A DNA stretch of 64,000 bases, taken from the human T2T-CHM13v2.0 reference genome, Homo sapiens. Under the pieces are notes generated by a model. That model saw only the letters and a list, made by a program, of their open reading frames with translations, was not told the DNA's origin and did no database searches. The position numbers were made by a program, and so were the translations under genes. This document shows, in pieces, positions 55,770 through 64,000 of the stretch (position 1 is the stretch's first letter; every line of letters begins with the position of its first letter). The stretch lies in the NCBI RefSeq assembly GCF_009914755.1, contig NC_060927.1; one strand, 5' to 3'.

Positions 55770-57871
55770 AATAGGACACCATCTTACTTTTTTTTTTCCT
55801 CTGCCCTCTGGTCATAGAGAACTTCCCATGAGGATGTAAGAATCAATTGCAGGAGGAGTTCTAAGGAGGCAGAAGTGGTCACAGTGGAACTATAAGAAGC
55901 TTGGTATGCAGTTTACTTGAGCGTTCAAATCTACTCAGGTCCAATGTCAAATATACTACTTCATTCTTAAAATTGAGCACTGCTATTTTCACCAAAATGT
56001 ATGACTTTGTGGATTAAAAAGATCCTATTATAAAAACAAATCAGGTGTCAATGGCTACTTGAAGTTTTATGATTAATATTCCGTTTCTACCAATGCCCAA
56101 TATCAAGAAAGAATCTATCCTTAAGGGGTTATATTTAATTACCGAAGAAGACATGTACTTCAATATCCTACGGTATTCTGCCTAGATTCTCTTATTGGTA
56201 TTTTCCAGAGCTCCATACAACAAGCTACCTGCTATTTCAGCAGAGCATAAGGAAGAAGCAAGAGAAAAACTACCATGCATTAACTACTTAAAGCCCAATA
56301 TTTCTACTAAGGAACCTTCAGTCTAAACATAAATTTAGTTTTTCACATCCCTGAGAAAGAGCTAGGAATTAGTGAGTAGAGTAGGTAGGTGAAGACGTCT
56401 TGTATGAGCTTCATTCTCGGTACTTCTATATACAACATTAGATATTGAGAGAAAGATTGCACAGGTCATTTACAAAGCTCATTACATACTTTTCGCTTCT
56501 ATTAAATTTTCCATCATCATATCTCTTTTACCTGATAACTAATACAATAAAATAATTAAGAAGAGGAAGTGATACGACAGCAACAAAATTGTAGATACAT
56601 ACATACGTAATACTATTTATATGTTCAGCTTTTAAAATGCTCATAAATTTCAAATTCTGTTTTTGAACAAGCACCTGTGCAGTTAAGAGAGACTGTCATA
56701 TTTCTTGGCTTTTAAAATATCTCTCCAGTTGGAATAATATTTTACAAAACAAGTTAGCGAGGCATTTTAGAACAGGCAACAAGTTTATACTAGAAAACTA
56801 ATCAAAATTCTTCTTAGAGGAAACGATTTAGTAAAAAAAAAAACACTAAATTTCATAAACTACCTAATTTAGATAATATCCCAGGATATATCTCAGAGTT
56901 CAAAAAAGAATGATGAGTGCTTGACATAACATCATATATGTTTAAGTAGTAGGAAAATAATGACAAATTCTATGTTATGAAAGCATAGATATAATTTTTT
57001 AAATATATGTACTGCTTTGAAATTAGACTCCCACTACTTTACCCAGAGAGCTTTGTGTATAGATTGTGTTGTCTAATTTTGAATGGATGTACTCAAGAGC
57101 AAGACAGCACTTAATCATTTCACATGGCATAAAAGAAAACAAATGGTCTCAATAAATTATAAATACAATTACTTATAAACTAATGAATAACTGATGAGCA
57201 AGGAACATTTGCACCTTATTTTTTAACTCATTATATCTGCCTCAAAAGCTTAAAAGATCATTTTCCTGTTTTCAAGAAGTTAAACCAATAGCTCTCCAAG
57301 AAAAACATTTGTTTCACACCACAGCCATCTCTAACCTTGAAGCTATTTAGTTGACTTAGTTTGAATCATAACCTCATTAGGTTCTTTAAAAGTCTAAGTG
57401 TAACAGGATAAAAAAGGAATCATGTAAATATTCTCTAACTGAAAAGAAATAAGTGACTATCATTCAAATAAAGAATCAGCAGCCTGCACACTAGAGAGTA
57501 ACACATTTAATCCAAAAAATAGCAAATAGTTTAATGTGAGTGAAATATAGGATTATAGTGTAGAGAATGGTATAATTCACTAGAAGCACAAAAAGGATCA
57601 ATAGTGACTCTCTGGTTAAGGGATAAAATATGATAGAGTGAAGGGGTAATTGCAAATATTATTGAATATAACCACAAGTCATTATCTAAGAGATGTACCT
57701 GGGAGTTTTTTGCTTTTCCCACACTGGAAACTTTGCAAAGGCTAGTCTGTACAGCTGATAGCAAGGCTGGATATAGAGATTATAGCTCAGCCTAGCTAAG
57801 AACCTAGAGTTAATGCCCCTTAAATTTAAGGCTTACAGATGAATATGCAGTAATAAAGAGAGGATTAGTAT

Positions 57872-59045
57872 CAAAGAAAGTATCTAAATGGTTAATAAGC
57901 ATGTGACACTATGCTCAACATTAGTAATCATTCATAGGAATGCAAAATGCAACTATAAGATACCACTTCACACTCACCTGAAAAGGTTAATGAAAAAGAA
58001 AATACAAAGAGAGAAGTTTCGGAACACTTGGGATGCTCATATGTGGCTAGAAGTATAAACTTGTACAATCACTTTAGAAAACTTTGTCATTGAAGTAGAT
58101 CATATATACACAGCTTGCTCCATGACTTCTTTCTTAGGAATATAATTGTATTAATTTTCTAGGTAGGGCTGCTATTAAAAAATACCACAGACTGGGTGGC
58201 TTAAACAACAGAAATACATTTTATCACTGTACTGGGGGCTGGAAGTCTGAGATCAAGATTGTGGGAGAGTTAGTGTCTTCCAAGGACCCTGAGGAAGAAT
58301 GTTTCAGGCCTCTGCCCTTAGCTTGTAGATGACTGTCTTTTCCCTGTATTTTCACATTGTTTCTCCTCTCTCTATGTCTGTGTCCAAATATCCTCTTCTT
58401 CTAAGGAGAACACTCGTATTGGATTAGGGCCCATTTGGAACCTTATTTTAACTTAATTACCTCTTCATGGACCCTGTATTCTGAAACAGTCACATTTTGA
58501 GCCACTGGAGATTAAGTTTTTGACACCTGAACTTGTGGAGTGGAATACAATTCAGCCCCAGGATTACTCAGAGAAAAATATTTATGTTTATGAAAATCCT
58601 GCACAATAATGTTTATTACAGTACCATTCATAATATCTCCAAAGTATAAGTTACCCAAATTAACATAACAAATAAAATGAGCCAATAAATGTTGATACAT
58701 TTACACTTCAGACTACTATATAGCAAGGAACATGGATGGACGGATTTCAGAAAAAGAACAGAAAGGGAAAACATAAAAAGGTCAACATTATGATTTCATA
58801 TATGTCAAGTACAAGAACAGGAAAAATTAATCTATAACATTAGAAGTGAGGATAGAAGTTACTCTTGGGGGAGTGGGGTAGGATTGTGACAGAAAGGAGC
58901 ATAAAATGAATTTTAATGCAATATTCCAGGATTTTGTTGTTGTTGTTTTATTCTGAGTGTGTCTGGCTTGTGAAAATATATTAAGTCATTCCCTTAAGAA
59001 TCCTGCACATTACTGGTTATTTTTATGCTGTAATACAATTTACAA
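57872..59045 (+). mobile_element. Old L1ME-like 3' region, interrupted by MLT1
   Basis: 'tgctcaacattagtaatcatt', 'aaaattaatctataacattagaagtgaggatag'. Confidence 0.65.
58148..58563 (-). mobile_element. MLT1B/C LTR
   Basis: 'tgtattaattttctagg...ccacagactgggtggcttaaacaacagaaat...acaattcagccc'. Confidence 0.85.
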
Positions 59046-59372
59046 AAAGAGTAAGTGAATCCACCAGTTGACTGAAACAACTGATGTTGGTGTTTATAAC
59101 AGACTATTGCACTCTATTATTTGGTACTACCTTAGAGGAGAGTGGTGTGATGACTAATTAAAATTTAAAATGAAAAGTTTGATGAACTATTTTTGTGTTT
59201 CAGCTCTGGCCATTCACTAGATTCGGAGTCTTGAAAAATCTTTTTTCTTCATTGAGTCTCAAATTTCAACCCCTTCAATTAATGATTTATATAGTCTCTT
59301 CTTTTGAAGATCTCTTTCAACTTTAGAATTTTATAGTCTTATTAATTTAGGAGTCAAATGATTGAAATTTGA

Positions 59373-59683
<311 letters not shown>

Positions 59684-60210
59684 GAGTAAAATTCTTTTTA
59701 AACATTTGATTAAGGGAAGTATAAAATTCCCATCATTGAGGATAACTATTTCTTAGTTTACTATAATTGAACTCTTAAGATAGCTTAGTTTCTAGAATTA
59801 AGGTTAATTTTTAGTTAGTAATTTTTAAAAAATAATTTTTATTAATTTCTTAATTGTGACAAATGGATTGTATGTCTTTCCAAAGAAAATGTATTTATTT
59901 AAAAATAAGATGGTGACATTTAAAAATGTCCACTTGTTGATAACTGATAATATTGGAACTTGGAAAATTTTTCCCAACAACATGTATTCTTAAGTAATAG
60001 AAAATATTGGAAATTTTACTAAGGAACAAGAAAGAAACCATGCCAAAGGTCAGATAAGTAGAAAAGAATGCAGTGAGTGGCAGAATATTATCAGTGGCGC
60101 TGAAAGAGAATTAGGGAAAATTTGAAGTCAGAGATTGATACAGTTAAATTAACTGAAAATAATGATGGGTGTGTGTGTGTATGTGTAGTAGTAATGTGAA
60201 GGAAATTAAC

Positions 60211-60403
60211 ATTGTCACCCATATATAAATTATTTCATCTTCTCATTTGTTCAGTTACAGATTCACTAAGCACTTAAAATGTGCTAGCGCCCTCTGATTT
60301 TGGTGCTCAGCATACATCAGCAAACACACTAAACGAATGTCTTTCCCTTTCTAATTTACCTCCTAGTGAAAGATGACATCGAATAAATAACAAAGAAATC
60401 ATA
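60211..60403 (-). repeat. Local duplicate of 61790-61984 (L2 3' end plus flank)
   Basis: Collinear over about 190 bp with shared private motifs ('cacccatata', 'ttcactaagcacttaa', 'atacatcagcaaaca'). Confidence 0.85.
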
Positions 60404-61811
60404 CCATGTGTATAGGCAAATTTCAGTTTTCAGTATGCGCATGTTGAATGACTTCTGTAAGCTAACAAGAACTAGGAAATTTCAACTTTGGGATTGCCTC
60501 ATGTATTACACAGCAAAACTAAAACTGAAATGGCTATATTGAACTTTTTGTTTTCAGTACCCATATTGTGATATTTTACCTTGAGGACATCTAGTGCTAC
60601 AAAAATAATGCCTATGTCCAAAAACATGAAAATATTAATAGGAAGAAAGATGAGCTAAATCACCCTTCAGCAGCAGTTGCCTGATACTGCTATATTCACT
60701 TTCAAGAAATATTCATAGAATACAATTGATGTTGGATTCAACAAGATTATTGTGTTTGAAGACAAGTGAAGATAGAAAATGTGAAATATAATGAATAGCT
60801 TTCTGTTTCTAAATTCAAGCAGAGGTTTAAGTGTTTTAGGCTTTCTTTGGTCATGAGGTAACCTTTTCAAATTTGATAACAAACAACCTCACAGTTGGGC
60901 AATAATATTGCCATGTAGAAAAGGCCAGAACACTTAGAGGCAAAACCTACTTCACGTATTTCAACACCTGAATTGTTTTTTTTTCATCCCCACAAACTTC
61001 AGTTTACCTTTCATTGTTGAAGCAGTTTTTTAAAAAGAGAATAGTAGCATAAATGCCTGTAATTGTTTAAAAAACTACATACAATATTAAAAGATTTGAG
61101 ATGACTAGAGTGTCTTATAATCTCACAGATGTAAATACTTCCATTTTTTTTTTCTATCCTTGAAGCACACCATTTGTCCTTGGTTAGGTCACTGAATCTT
61201 TCTTGTACGGTTTTATCACTATGCAATTACCTCAATAGCAATAATTACCTTCTTAGAAATTATATGAAGAATAAATCTTGAATTATATAAAATTTAGTAG
61301 AAAATGTGATTAGTATAGCAGTCACAGTACAAGGAGTTTGTTGTACTGAGTTTAATTCAGATCAATTCAAAATTAACATTCATTCTTAACATATTAAGAC
61401 AGTAAATTTATGCAATCTTTCCTTCAAAGATTAGTAAAGAATAAATACCTATGGGTAGTGATGAATTTTTCTTAGTATCTGTAGCCAAGGTTTATAAAAA
61501 ACAGCTTGCAATATATAATGGAGAAAAATTACTTCTATACTCTGAATTCATTATTCCCAACACTTAGACTTATTACTCAAATACCAGTGTATCATGTGCA
61601 GATATCATTGTCCTGGGGAAACCTTACAGTATTGAAATGTCTCCTGGTGCATACTCCAAGTCTGTTATAATGCTGACGTGAATGGTGTCTTATAGCACCA
61701 ATTAACTATTAACTGTTAATTCAAAAGTGGTTGTTTGAGTAGAATGCAGAAAGGCACGAAAAAAGTTTCAGGAGACATTGAGAATGAATATTTTCACCCA
61801 TATAAAAATAC

Positions 61812-62660
61812 ATTCATCTCCTTATTGATTCAGTTAAATATTCACTAAGCACTTAACATGTGCCAGCCCCTTCTGTTTTTGGTGCTTAGAATACATCAGC
61901 AAACATATTAAACAAATGTCTTTCCCCTTCAATTTTACTTCCTACTGAAAGAAGACACCAAATAAATAACATGAGGAAATCATATAGTATGTTAGTTGTT
62001 AATAAATGCTATGTGAAAAAGAAAAGGTAGAGAAGAGTAAGAAGTACTGGAAGAATGAATGGTTCAGGGGGAGGGGAAAGTTGCAATATTAAATAGGGTG
62101 GGCAAAGCAGCCTTGATGACTCTGAGCAGCCTTGACAAAAGCAAAGGAGTCAGAAATGCAGATATGAGTGAAATGTGTTCTTATAAAAGGAAATGACCAA
62201 TACAAAAGCCCTAAAGTCATAGCATGCCTGCTGTGTTCAAGGTGGAGCAAACAAGCCAGTCCAGCTGGAAGCAGGGAGAAGGGCAAGTCATGAGGTTACA
62301 CAGTAATGGCAGCCAGTCCACGAAGGACCTGGTAAGACACTGACTTTTATTCTTAGGGAAATGAAAGCCATTTCAGATTATGAGTAGCCATAGATCTTTG
62401 ACTGGTTGTTTTGGGGAAAATAGATTATAAGGAAGCAACGGAACAATCTATTCTAGAGATGATGTTAGCTTTGTACAAGGTGGTCCTAGCAGACATATGA
62501 TTAGGGTAGATTTTTTCATATATCACAACAAAAGAACTTTCTGATGCAATGGACATGAGGTGTGAGGAAAGGAGAATGATCAAGAATTACACAAAGGTTT
62601 TTGTTCCAAGTAATCGGAAGGATGGAATTGCCATCAGGTGACATAAGGAAGAATGTGATT
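61812..62660 (-). mobile_element. L2 (L2a-like) 3' region
   Basis: 'aatattcactaagcacttaacatgtgccag', 'agcatgcctgctgtgttcaagg', 'gaaggatggaattgccatc'. Confidence 0.8.
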
Positions 62661-63001
62661 AGAACAACCCATGTTAGAATTTCTAAAATCCCTATGAGTT
62701 TGTCACAGTAACATGATTCAGGAGAAAATCAGCCACTTTAAAACATCACAAGACTTCAGACTAATGTCATGACACAAAGTTATTTATTTTAATTTCCATA
62801 CAAATGACCTTATTGCACAAATAATGGAAATGATAAAATATTAAAGGAAAATAAAGAGAGGGCAAGACAGAAATAGAAACCTTTTAGGAAACTCTTCAAT
62901 GATGCCTTTAGGGAAACCATAGATAAAAACTATCCTTGCCAATTATGACAATACTGCACGCATTTTCAGACCATTTTAGTTTTAAAGAATAAGCAAAAAC
63001 A

Positions 63002-63292
63002 GGTCAGGCGTGGTGGGTCATGCAGGTAATCCCAGCACTTTGGGAGGCCGAGGTGGACAGATCACGAAGTCAAGAGATTGAGATCATCCTGGCCAACATG
63101 GTGAAACCCCGTCTCTATGAAAAATACAAAAATTAGCTAGGTGTGGTGGCGTGCGTGTGTAGTCCCAGCTACGCCGTATGCTGAGGCTGGAGAATCACTT
63201 GAACCTGGGAGGCAGACGCTGCAGTGAGCCGAGATCTCCACTGCATTGCAGCTTGGCGACAGAGTGATACTCCGTCTCAAAAAAAAAAAAAA
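63002..63292 (+). mobile_element. AluSc
   Basis: 'gatcacgaagtcaagagattgagatcatcctggccaacatgg'; TSD AAGCAAAAACA at 62991-63001 and 63293-63303. Confidence 0.92.
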
Positions 63293-64000
63293 AAGCAAAA
63301 ACAAACTTAGTTACAACTCCACTATAAAAAGCAAAAAACAGAATATATTTATGGAACAGTGTTTATCAAATTGCTTTGTAAAACTTCAGGTTTCTCTGCG
63401 ATTAGGGTTTTTAAGGGAAGAATCAGGCAGGACATAACTTCATGTTTATTGTCTTTTTATTTATTAGCATTCTGTGAATGAGTTTATATACCCAAAAATA
63501 CTGCTGTCTTTTGTTCAACTCTAAAACCACTGTTGTAGAGGAAGGCTTCTCATTGTATACTTCCATTTAAAATGTGAATTTATTTTTTCTTCCACACTAT
63601 CATAGATTTTGAATTTGAAGTGAAGTAGAAATAGTAGGGTTGGTAAGAGGAAATGCATATTGATGATACTACATTTGACTACTTTTATTATACAAAATGT
63701 TCAAAATCCAGCAATAATTATTTCTCTGCTTTTATAGAAGAAAAAGCAATTGTGTATCAGTATTATAAAATATAATTGTCATTATAGCACTTTAAGTTAT
63801 TTATATCCTATTTGAATTTAAAATTTCCCCACTAAGAGCTTTGGAGTGGTTATTGTAAGTATACTTGATGTTTACTTCCTAGGAACTTTGACCATCATTA
63901 TAGAAAATGTGAACAGCATATATATACCTGCCCAATTACCTCACATGTATGTGTTTGTTCATTTCAAAATTCATGGGATAACTTTTATTTTAAAAGTGAT

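Overview
AT-rich, CpG-depleted primate genomic DNA, very likely human because it carries a near-pristine AluY/Ya5-lineage element. It looks like intergenic or deep-intronic sequence. I find no supportable protein-coding exon, RNA gene or CRISPR array; every long ORF in the track comes from repeats or low-complexity sequence. Much of the window is recognisable interspersed repeat: Alu J/S/Y, young and old L1, L2, MIR, MaLR (THE1, MST, MLT1), ERVL (HERV-L/MLT2A, LTR16-like), LTR12, and DNA transposons (MER5A, MER82, MER91A, Tigger2a). Subfamily calls come from recalled consensus sequences, not a database run. The best candidate for something undescribed is at 14336-16983. There a THE1 element (minus strand) is fused head-to-head to the 3' end of a HERV-L/MLT2A provirus (plus strand), both outer ends are LTR U5 termini, and the whole composite is flanked by one 5-bp duplication (GAAAG). 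This suggests the two elements integrated together as a single unit. Other notable features: a mosaic young Alu, a twin-primed L1, a scrambled L1MA, three local templated duplications, and two perfect hairpins.
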